The position numbers were made by a program, and so were the translations under genes. A stretch of 33,897 nt of DNA, taken from positions 39,001,828 to 39,035,724 of the forward strand of contig NC_068993.1 of assembly GCF_001194135.2 (NCBI RefSeq), given 5' to 3'. This stretch comes from Octopus bimaculoides. Its lineage: Eukaryota. Position 1 is the first letter of the stretch. Each line of letters begins with the position of its first letter. Below, piece after piece: positions 9,681-20,085 of this stretch. The notes below the pieces were generated by a model that made no database searches, was not told where the DNA came from, and saw nothing but the letters and a program-made list of their open reading frames with translations.

Positions 9681-10668
9681 AGCCAAGAGAGAAGCAGAAA
9701 AGAAGAAGTTTGCCTATGTTCAGCGATGTGAGGACCAAAGAACTGAAGTGTTTCAGATTGCAAGACAGTGTGTGAGAGAAAATCGTGATGTCAAAGGAGA
9801 GCAACATATCCATATGGCTGATGGTACACTTACTACACTTGCATTTAATGATTCTGCAAAGAAAGAAACTTGGAAATGCCATTATGAAAGACTGCTGAAT
9901 GTGGAGAATGAATGGGAGGAGCAGAGTTTGCCAAATGTTGACCCAATTGAGGGACCACCTACCCGAATCCACAGTACCTTGGTAGCTAAAGCAATTAAGG
10001 ATATGAAGAGAGGAAAATCCCCAGTCCTTCAGGAATCACTGCTGAGATGCTTAAAATATCTGGTGGTGTAGGTTATGGTCTAGTCACCTGTATTGTAAAT
10101 CAGGTGGCTTACGAAGGAGTCATACCTAATGACTGATGTAGCAGCACCAGAGTCAAACTGCTACAAAGGTAAAGGTGATGCCTTAAACAGAAATAATTAC
10201 AGAGGTATCAAATTGTTGGATCAGGTTATGAAAGTTGCGGAGAGGGTCATTGCCCAACTAATTAGGGTGAGAATTAGTCTAGATGTGATGCAGTTTGGTT
10301 TTGCACCAGGGAGAAGCACCACTGATGCTATATTTCTGGCAAGGTAGCTGCAGGAGAAATACCTAGCCAAGATAAACCTCTGTCTTTGGCTATTGTTGTC
10401 TTGGCGAAAGCTTTTCACAGGGTCCCTTGATCCCTTATCTGGTGGTCAAAGTGGAAACTAGGGATAGTAAAGTGGTTGGTGAGAGCTGTAAAAGCCTTGT
10501 ACAGGGACACTACCAGTAAGGTGAGGGTTGACAATGAGTACAGTTCACCAAGGGGTTCCCCAAGGATTGATCCTCAGCTCCCTCTTGTTCATCATAGTCC
10601 TCCAGGCAATAACAAAAGAATTTATTAAGACAGACTGCCCCTAGCAGCTCTTCTATGCTAATGACCTT
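9681..10668 (+). pseudogene. RTE-clade LINE ORF2 fragment (linker plus RT domain up to YADD), frameshifted
   Basis: AKREAEKKKFAYVQRCEDQRTEVFQIARQ...WKCHYERLLNVENEW; NYRGIKLL; QFGFAPGRSTTDAIF; decayed QG..LS.LLF; YANDL at 10654-10668 in place of YADDL. Confidence 0.93.
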
Positions 10669-10671
10669 ATA

Positions 10672-10778
10672 CAGAGGACACATTTTAAATGCTAGAATCT
10701 TGAATTAATACTCTATGTCATTTTTAAAATCCAAGTTTCTAGCATTTAAAATGTGTCCCATCATTATGACCTACCCTG
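10672..10778. mobile_element. Tc1/mariner-type MITE
   Basis: TA|cagaggacacattttaaatgctagaa ... ttctagcatttaaaatgtgtccc-atcattatgacctaccctg|TA; inverted arms, with an internal deletion in the left TIR. Confidence 0.8.
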
Positions 10779-11377
10779 TATATATGTAAGTATATATGTG
10801 TAATACGTATGTATAACTTCACTTTCTTTTGTTTACTTACTTATTTATTAGAATTCTCCCTAGAAACAGAAGACTGGTTTCAAACAAAGAAATTCAAGCT
10901 CCATGGTTAAAATTTGCATATTAACAACAATAATTGCCACATGCAAACTTTAAGAAATTCTTGCATACATTTATAGTTCCACTTACAAATCATATCTCTA
11001 AAGTACATATTACTCCATGGCTTGCTTCAAAATCCTAGCTTTTCCAGATTATCATTTAGCCATTTTGTATACCAAGTGCACTAATAATTATTAGTATAAG
11101 AGTAAATACATAATGAGGGTTAGAGAAGCTTCAAGTTTCAAAACTGTTCTCCATGCAAGTATGGATGTATGTATAAGCAGTTAAATGGTATATTAATAAA
11201 TGCATGTACACTGTTTTTCTATTGCATTCTCATGTTCTGCCCTATATATAAACATAGTATATATCGTCATTAAATTTTATGGCATATATATGTTAAAATG
11301 AATTTTAAATGTACCTTATGATGGTGTTTAGTATAACACTGTTACTATGCTTGCAATATAATACTGGTACACAAGCA

Positions 11378-11604
11378 TACATACATACATACATAGTATG
11401 TATGTGTGTGTTTGTGTGTGTGTATGTATATATACTTACAAACATACAAGCATAAAAAATGTATACACACACATCTATCTGCACTTGTCATCATACATAA
11501 ATATGTACATAAATATGAACACACTTACATACACAGTTATATACATAAATAGATGACACACTCATGCACAAACATACATTTACATACATGCCAAACACAC
11601 TTAC

Positions 11605-11635
<31 letters not shown>

Positions 11636-11850
11636 CATACTTATATTTATACATAAATACACTCATATACATACATACATACATAATAGCACTCAAACAT
11701 ACTTAGATACTTGTCTACATACCTCTATACATCTATACGTGCATATATAGATACATAAATAAATATATATATATATGCATACATAATAAATACATATATA
11801 TATACATCCATTACAATCATAAATACACACATATATACATACATATATGC
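11378..11850. repeat. Compound (TACA)n/(TA)n low-complexity tract
   Basis: Direct reading. Confidence 0.85.
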
Positions 11851-12307
11851 ATTAACTTAAAACTTTAGCGTCTGTGTACTTAAGTAAAAGCTTTCCCTTT
11901 TAAGAATGTGAAGTTGGAATACATAGATAACGTTCTTGTTTGATGTACCTGATGGAATTGGTCTCTAATATCGTCACAAAATATCTGGTACCGAGGTGGG
12001 TTTTTTGAAATATTAAATTCCGCTTAACCATGCTATATCAATGGATTTTAAATTCCCTGAACTTTACATCAAAACAACACAAGAACTCTTTTGCACCCAT
12101 ATGTGTGTGCATGTGTGTTTGTTTGTTGACATTAACAAGGAAAATAAGTACTTTGGTGTGTTTTTTCCTCTTTTTTTACTTGATAAGCACTTAAGATTGG
12201 AAATACTTTTGTTGTTGCTTTTTGTGAGAAAATTGGATATCAAATTTGGATACTGGCACATACACACACAGGCACCTATTTCATGTATATGCTTCTATGT
12301 GTATATG

Positions 12308-12362
<55 letters not shown>

Positions 12363-12744
12363 GTGGATGGATGTATATATTAAAGTGATGTTATTTTTAA
12401 AGCTAGTTTCAGAATAGTATAAACACTCTTACTGATGGGGGTCACTCAATAGTGAGAGTAGAATCAAATCTATTGAAAAATTCAAGTTGACTGAGACATT
12501 GAGAGTTGCCTAACCTGCTTATTCAATTGCTGGTTGAATATACCATTATGTAAAAGTTGGAGTCCTAATCGACAAGATCTTTACAATACACTCAAATATA
12601 CACAAACACACACAGAGACATACATGCACACACACACACATATGTACAAACACATCAACTCAAAAATAGGATCCATGTAATAGTTGACTCCATAAATTTG
12701 ACCTTAAAAAATGACCTAAAATTCAACTTTTATACTACTCTTAC

Positions 12745-13112
12745 TTGTTTCAGTCATTTGACTGTGGCCATGCTGGAGCACCGCCTTTAGTCGAGCAAAT
12801 CGACCCCAGGACTTATTCTTTGTAAGCTTAGTACTTATTCTATCGGTCTCTTTTGCCGAACCACTAAATTACAGGGACATAAACACACCACCATCGGTTG
12901 TCAATTGATGTTGGGGGGACAAACACAGACACACAAACATATACACACACATATATAGGATGGGCTTCTTTCAGTTTCCGTCTACCAAATCCACTCACAA
13001 GGCTTTGGTCGGCCCGAGACTATAGTAGAAGACATTTGCCCAAGGTGCCACACAGTGGGACTGAACCCAGAACCATGTGGTTGGTAAGCAAGCTACTTAC
13101 CACACAGCCACT
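12745..13112 (-). mobile_element. SINE family C, full length and well preserved
   Basis: Minus-strand head gtggctgtgtggtaagtagcttgc...gggttcagtcccactg (A/B boxes), internal CA/TA repeat, 3' end ...gactgaaacaag. Confidence 0.93.
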
Positions 13113-13390
13113 CCTATTTGAAATCATTTTGATAAGGCCCAGTCATGAAACTCTCACCCTTTGGGCCAATATATTATTGCTGCTGATTAAAAATTATAAG
13201 AATGTATATATACTCATATTTTCAATTTTTTTCCTGTTGATTGTACTAAGCCTATATATACTTTATATTATTCTATTATTGATCTTCTATATAAATAAAG
13301 CTATATCTTTTAATCTGCTGCTTTTCTTTACATGAACTGAGAAGATACATTGCGAAACTATTATTCTAATGAGTTATATCTATTTATCAC

Positions 13391-13463
13391 CTGAAGAGAA
13401 ACATCTGCACTGCCAGATGCTCCCGATCTAGTTGTTAAGTATCCCACACATGAGGAATCAATG
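13391..13463 (-). CDS. Candidate internal exon (x)IDSSCVGYLTTRSGASGSADVSLQ
   Basis: Acceptor ttttgacccatctag|, donor CAG|gtgata; a single open frame in GC-richer unique sequence. The + strand also has an open frame here, so the strand is ambiguous. Confidence 0.35.
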
Positions 13464-13554
13464 CTAGATGGGTCAAAACAATTGTAGTGATTAATAAAAA
13501 TTCTCACATCTTCCTTCTCTCATTAACCATATATATATGTGTATATATCTTTTA

Positions 13555-13744
13555 TCTTTTACCTGTTTCAGTCATTAGACTGTAGCCATGCTGGAGTACC
13601 ACCTTGAATTTTTAGTTGAATGAATCGACCCTAGTACTTATTTTACTGAACCGGTAAGTTACAGGGATGCAAACACACCAACACCAGTAGTCGAGCAGTG
13701 GAGGGAACAATCACAGACACAAAGGCACACATACATAGATATAT

Positions 13745-13814
<70 letters not shown>

Positions 13815-13975
13815 GACAGGCTTCATCCAGTTTCTGTCTATCAAATCCACTCACAAGGCCTTGGTTGGCATGAGGCTATAGTAGAAGACATTTGCCCAAG
13901 GTGCCACACAGTGGAACTGAAACAAGGACTCTGTAGCTGGGAAGCAACCTTCTTACCACACAGCCATGCCTGCAC
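13555..13975 (-). mobile_element. SINE family C, full length with expanded internal (TA)n
   Basis: Same two halves as 12745-13112, separated by about 80 bp of TA. Confidence 0.92.
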
Positions 13976-14313
13976 CTATATATACACNNNNNNNNNNNNN
14001 NNNNNNNNNNNNNNNNNNNNNNNNNNNNNNNNNNNNNNNNNNNNNNNNNNNNNNNNNNNNNNNNNNNNNNNNNNNNNNNNNNNNNNNNNNNNNNNNNNNN
14101 NNNNNNNNNNNNNNNNNNNNNNNNNNNNNNNNNNNNNNNNNNNNNNNNNNNNNNNNNNNNNNNNNNNNNNNNNNNNNNNNNNNNNNNNNNNNNNNNNNNN
14201 NNNNNNNNNNNNNNNNNNNNNNTGTTCTGTTAAGAACATATAAGAGTACAAATAGAGCTTGTTCACCCGTAGGTATTCCTCGTGTGTGAAAATAAAAAAT
14301 TAAAAGTAAAAGA

Positions 14314-15505
14314 GTAAAAAAGAAGAGTAAGTACGGTTATGCAGCTTTTTAATCGCTACAAATGTTTCGATAGTTAAGATTGAAAGATATAGAAAAGAAC
14401 TCCGGGAATTTTTTAGACGTTTCGGCCTTTCTATTACCCTAGACGGTAATTATCGTAAAGAAAACTTTTTAGACGCGACTTTCAATTTGGAAAATGGCAT
14501 GTACGAACCAAACAACAAGCCTAATGAATGCTTAAGATACATAAATGTTAATTCCAACCATCCACCTTAAATAATCAAAAGTATAATTAAGAACGTAGCT
14601 ACCAGAATATCATGATTATCAGCATTGGAAGAAATATTCACACAACATGCAGAATATTACAATGAAGCGTTAGCTAGGGCCGGATATAAAGAGAGAATCA
14701 AGTTTGTAGATAATGAAACATCAAATAACACTAACACAAACACAAATAAGATAGAGCACACAGTTAATTCGAATGACATCAACAAACGAATAACAAGAAA
14801 AATGGGAAAACCTGAGGTACAAAGGAAAGATCGGAGGAAAATGGATATAACCCAAAAGGAAAGAAACTTTCAGCGATATAACAATGTAGATATAACTATC
14901 TACATGAAAATGAGTAGATAAATATATAAGCGTCAATGTATAGATGTGAATGTGTTTATTGATATGTAAGTGAGTATATGTATGTGTGTGTGCATCTGAA
15001 TATATATACATATATTTTATATATATGCATGTATGTGTGTACGTGTCTGCGTGTGAGTGTCTGTATGGAAACACTCAGTGATGTACGGTATATCGGTGTG
15101 TAAGTGATTGTATAAGTTTGAGCTAATGAATGAATGTATTCTGCGTAATGGGACAGTTTGGCATGTGCAGAATAACATGTTGAAACTGAATAAATAAACA
15201 GACAATGTGCACATTGCAGCTCATGTCCAACGTGATAGCTCACTCATATTGAACGAATTGAAACCGTCAGCGTTTGTTAGTTTCAAGGAAGAAGCCATGG
15301 ATGTTGAAGCATGGAAATCTAAATTTTGCTTACGGAGACAGCAACTGAGTATCGCTTGAGGAGATACATATAGTTCTTCTTATACAGATAAATCGGTAAA
15401 TGATTCAATTTAAACTTTAAATCCTGTATATACGAAGATCTGTATGTATCGAAACATTTGTAGCTATTAAAGAGCTGCCTAACTGTACGTACTCTTCCTT
15501 TTTAC
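14314..15505 (+). mobile_element. Penelope-like element (PLE) relic: RT C-terminus plus pseudo-LTR, bounded by a 59-bp inverted repeat
   Basis: 14379-14715 reads IERYRKELREFFRRFGLSIT...NFLDATFNLENGMYEPNNKPNECLRYINVNSNHPP*IIKSI...EEIFTQHAEYYNEALARAGY. FLD, Y.N..SNHPP and Y..AL..SGY are PLE RT motifs. 14314-14372 and 15447-15505 are 53/59 reverse-complementary. Confidence 0.88.
15415..15472 (+). ncRNA. Decayed minimal type I hammerhead ribozyme in the PLE pseudo-LTR
   Basis: ctttaa..c CTG[tatat]ACGA-A-GAT(ctgtatgt)ATC-GAAA-C(attt)G-TA-gcta-ttaaag; the core is interrupted by a 5-nt insertion. Confidence 0.6.
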
Positions 15506-16635
15506 TTTATATNNNNNNNNNNNNNNNNNNNNNNNNNNNNNNNNNNNNNNNNNNNNNNNNNNNNNNNNNNNNNNNNNNNNNNNNNNNNNNNNNNNNNNNN
15601 NNNNNNNNNNNNNNNNNNNNNNNNNNNNNNNNNNNNNNNNNNNNNNNNNNNNNNNNNNNNNNNNNNNNNNNNNNNNNNNNNNNNNNNNNNNNNNNNNNNN
15701 NNNNNNNNNNNNNNNNNNNNNNNNNNNNNNNNNNNNNNNNNNNNNNNNNNNNNNNNNNNNNNNNNNNNNNNNNNNNNNNNNNNNNNNNNNNNNNNNNNNN
15801 NNNNNNNNNNNNNNNNNNNNNNNNNNNNNNNNNNNNNNNNNNNNNNNNNNNNNNNNNNNNNNNNNNNNNNNNNNNNNNNNNNNNNNNNNNNNNNNNNNNN
15901 NNNNNNNNNNNNNNNNNNNNNNNNNNNNNNNNNNNNNNNNNNNNNNNNNNNNNNNNNNNNNNNNNNNNNNNNNNNNNNNNNNNNNNNNNNNNNNNNNNNN
16001 NNNNNNNNNNNNNNNNNNNNNNNNNNNNNNNNNNNNNNNNNNNNNNNNNNNNNNNNNNNNNNNNNNNNNNNNNNNNNNNNNNNNNNNNNNNNNNNNNNNN
16101 NNNNNNNTATATGGTTAAAGTATATATTTAAATCGTTATGTTAGAAAAATGTTAGAAAATTTTGAGTATAGAAACATTGTATTTGGACAAATAACCGGTT
16201 TCGTATTTTCTTTTCAAATTTCTCTACCTGTATCGTAACATGTCTTCGCTCCGGTGTACAATATGAAGTTCTAGATAGGGGGATGTAATCAGGGATTTTT
16301 CCGGTATAAGGGAGATAATCGAAAATGTTGGAGATAGATTTTGATTAATTTAACATGATTTGGTTTAGAACGAATAGAATGTTAGGTTTTTTTTAATATT
16401 TTTTTCTCAGTGAGGTGAGTTTCCTTATTTACACAAGCCTTCTGTAGTTTTTTCACTCTTTTTTATCTTTTATATATATATATATATACACATACATATA
16501 TATGTATCTGCATTTGAAATTAAGGAGTAATGAAAACATGCATAGTTAATTCTATATTTGTGTTTATATAAATATGTAGACATGTATATTTATACACACA
16601 CACACATGTATATATATATATATTCGTAAATTCTC

Positions 16636-16685
<50 letters not shown>

Positions 16686-16792
16686 CTTGAATGTGCACAT
16701 GCATGAGCACATATATACTTGAATGTGCACATGCATGAGCAAGTGTGTATATTCCTATATACACACTTGCTCATGCATGTGCACATTCAAGT
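16686..16792. repeat. Perfect 36-bp inverted repeat (16717-16752 / 16757-16792, loop TCCT) with an upstream 24-bp direct copy (16686-16709)
   Basis: acttgaatgtgcacatgcatgagcaagtgtgtatat-TCCT-atatacacacttgctcatgcatgtgcacattcaagt. Confidence 0.97.
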
Positions 16793-17191
16793 CACACTTA
16801 TACTCAGAAAAATGTACATATTGTTGCTATTACCTTAAGCTGTTGTATGTCCAAATTTGGCCGAATGCGTTTTTTTCAATATTTATTTTTGCTTACAATA
16901 GCTGATTCTTTTGGTCAAACTATCGTATTTCCACCTGCTTCAGATGTCAACATATCAAAACAATTGTCAAAGTGTAGTACAATGGTTTTGCTATGGAATG
17001 GTGGAACTTTTTGTCGTTTTCTGAAAGAGCAACATTCTGAACTTGTGACACTTTTGCATTATAGCAATGATATATATTTATATACAATTTTCAAGGAGCA
17101 TTGATATAAAAAAAAATTATTTTGACTTTTTTAAAACCAAAGTAATGGCAGTTATATGAAGTAATACAAGTCAAATGTTTGAACTTTTTGT

Positions 17192-17346
17192 TTGTATTTC
17201 AATATTCTATGGTTAGGACCCCTTCTTCAAGAAATTTTCAGAGAAATTGTGCGGTGAGCTGACTTCTCTGTTTTGTAAGCTCATAACACCATTACTCTGA
17301 CTATTTCGTGAAAAAGGGATCCTAAGCGCGAAATATTGAAATACAA
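17192..17346. mobile_element. 155-bp imperfect palindrome (MITE-like hairpin)
   Basis: ttgtatttcaatatt...ttaggacccc...tcagagaaattgtgcggtgagct pairs with the reverse complement ttgtatttcaatatt...ttaggatccc...tcagagtaatggtgttatgagct. Confidence 0.75.
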
Positions 17347-17519
17347 GGTAAAAGGAGAAACTATCAATCTGTGTTATTTCTTATAACTTGAATTGTTTTG
17401 GCATTTAAAAAAAAAATCAAAATCATTTATATATATATGTGTGTGTGTGTGTGTGTGCGTGCGTGTATGCACAGATGTGTATACACATGTATTTATACAC
17501 ACACGTTTCAACTCTATTA

Positions 17520-18135
17520 CTTTCTGACATTTTCCTTCCCTTATTTGAACTAGATCTTTTTTATCGTTTTCTTTAATATTTCTTCTTATTTCTCTCCATT
17601 TCTCTTCTTTCACTTCTCGTTTCCCACTTCTTCCCCAGTTCTGCTCTTATTCCTCATAATTCTCTCCCCCACCCTCAGTCGTTATCTTTATTACCCCTTC
17701 TCCCTATAATTTTCACTTTCATATTTTAGTATCTATAATTCTTCTTCACATCTTCCTCCTTCCCATCTCCTTCTTCCCACCCTCCTTCTTCTCCCACCTC
17801 TACTCTCTCATTTCTCTTACCTCTCCCCACTTTCTCCTCCCTCTCCTCTCTGTTTTTTTGTCCTCTTCTTTCAACCCCCATTCTCCATTTCTTGCTCCAC
17901 CTTTTCTTTTCCCTAGGCTTCCTTCTCATCCTCTTCCTCCTTCCTTTCCTCCATGTCCTCCCAATATTTCTCTCCTCTTCCCCTACCTCTAGCCATTGTT
18001 TTCTTTCTCTTCTTTATAAATCTTTGCTTCTTATACACTTCCTCCTTCATTTTCTCTGTTTTTCTTTCCCTCTCTCTCTTTCTCTCTCTCTCTCTTTGTC
18101 TTTCTCTCCCTGCCTCTCTCTGTCGTTCTCCCTCA
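17520..18135. repeat. Polypyrimidine/polypurine (CT-rich) low-complexity tract
   Basis: About 600 bp strongly C/T-biased on the + strand, ending in (CT)n. Confidence 0.9.
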
Positions 18136-18749
18136 CTCATATTGTTGCACCTATAATCCTCAATTTACTTTTAAGCATACACACACACATACATTGTCTT
18201 ACATATATAGACACATGCACACATTACTTTATCAATGTATGTTTATGTATACATATATATATTGTATAAATATATATTGATTCACACGTACTGACATACA
18301 CATGCATGCATACATTCCCTCACACACAGAGGCACATTCTCTCATTCTTACATACATATATATTCATATACTCATACAAAAACTTACACACCCAGACACA
18401 CACACACATAGAAACACTCACAAATACACATAAATACACATAGATAATATATAGATAGATGCATCCACATATTAATGCACACACTTGTAGATGCCCGGAC
18501 ATACGCTTGCACACAGACACACATATACATATGAGAGTCAAACTAATACACCTGCTCATTGTCCCTATACATGCCTTTGTCTTTTGTTTTTCTGTAAATT
18601 TGAACTATTTTATATATATATATATATATATATATGAGAGGATTGCTTAAACATTAAAGGGCTAGGCTGAAGTGTCTAAGCAACCAGGGGACAATTAAAT
18701 CCGAAGACACTCCTGGAGGTTGCTTGGATATATATATCTATATATATGT

Positions 18750-18792
<43 letters not shown>

Positions 18793-18870
18793 TATATATA
18801 TATATATGTGTGTGTATATGTATNNNNNNNNNNTATATATATATGTGTGTGTATATGTATGTATATATAC

Positions 18871-18911
<41 letters not shown>

Positions 18912-18971
18912 CATACATAAATATACAGACATATTTAGACACAAACACACACACACACACACTAATATTGA

Positions 18972-19182
18972 TTTTGAATTTTAGCACAAGACTTTCAATT
19001 TTGGTGGGGGGTAAGTTGATTATATTGAACCCAGTATGCAACTGGTAGTTATTTCATTAACTCCCAAATAGATGAAAGGTAAAGCTGACTTCAGTGGAAT
19101 TTGAACTCAAAATGTGAAGATGGACAACATGCCAGTAAGCATTTTGCCGACTGTGCTAACAATTCTGCCAGCTCACTGCCCC
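18972..19182 (-). mobile_element. SINE family B
   Basis: caactggtag...gatgaaaggtaaagctgacttcagtggaatttgaactc...ctgccagctcactgcc. Confidence 0.85.
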
Positions 19183-20054
19183 CATCCACTCCCACTAATA
19201 TTCACATGTAAATACAATTTGTATACATATACACAAACACGCGCACACACAGACTTACATAGATATATGCATGCATCCATCCATACATACATAGATACAT
19301 ACATAAATACTTACATTCATATATTGGCACATATATACACATGCATATGAATGCTCACTCATATACACATTCACAAACTCATAGATGCAAATACACACAC
19401 AGAGACAGACACAGACAAACACACACACACACATACATACACACACACATGTATTTATTACTTTCTCATTGTGCTCCTTTCTCCTAAATGTCTTTGCCCC
19501 CCTTTTCTCTCTCCTTCTCTTCACCTCTCTTGTACTTACTCTCTATCTGTCTCTAATTCTGTCTTTCTCCCCCTTGTCTAATCAGCCTCCTACCTCTCTA
19601 ATCGTTACTACTCCTGCTTTTACTTTTTCTCGTCAGACTTCTTTACAAAATTCTTTTTATTTATTCTTTTAAATTAAAAGTTTCTACTTTTATTTATTTA
19701 TTTATTCTTATTTATTATAATCATCATCATCATCATCATCATTATATCATTATTATTATTATTATCATCATCATCATCATTATTATGATATCTATTTTTT
19801 GGGGCTTTTCTTTTTTTTTGCAGATTCACAAATAAAGAAATTCTTTGGTTTGTTAAAATAGATGGAATTTTGGTCCATACAAAGAATTCTAAAAGAAGGA
19901 AACATTCCTTCCGATTCTGAAATAGCCCATGATGCTAACTAATTCAAGAGAAAGACAGATTAGCAACAAAGAGGGAAGAAAGACGCATTTGTCTTACATT
20001 TCAACTATAACTACTCCAAAAATATTTAAGAGGAATATAATAACAACAACAACA

Positions 20055-20082
<28 letters not shown>

Positions 20083-20085
<3 letters not shown>

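Noticed and set aside
11905-11995. + strand exon-like segment (cccttttaag| ... CGAG|gtgggt)
   Set aside because: All three frames are closed. The minus-strand frames are open, but their acceptors are weak.
18675-18730. Short hairpin aagcaacc...ggttgctt
   Set aside because: An 8-bp stem with bulges; not distinguishable from background.
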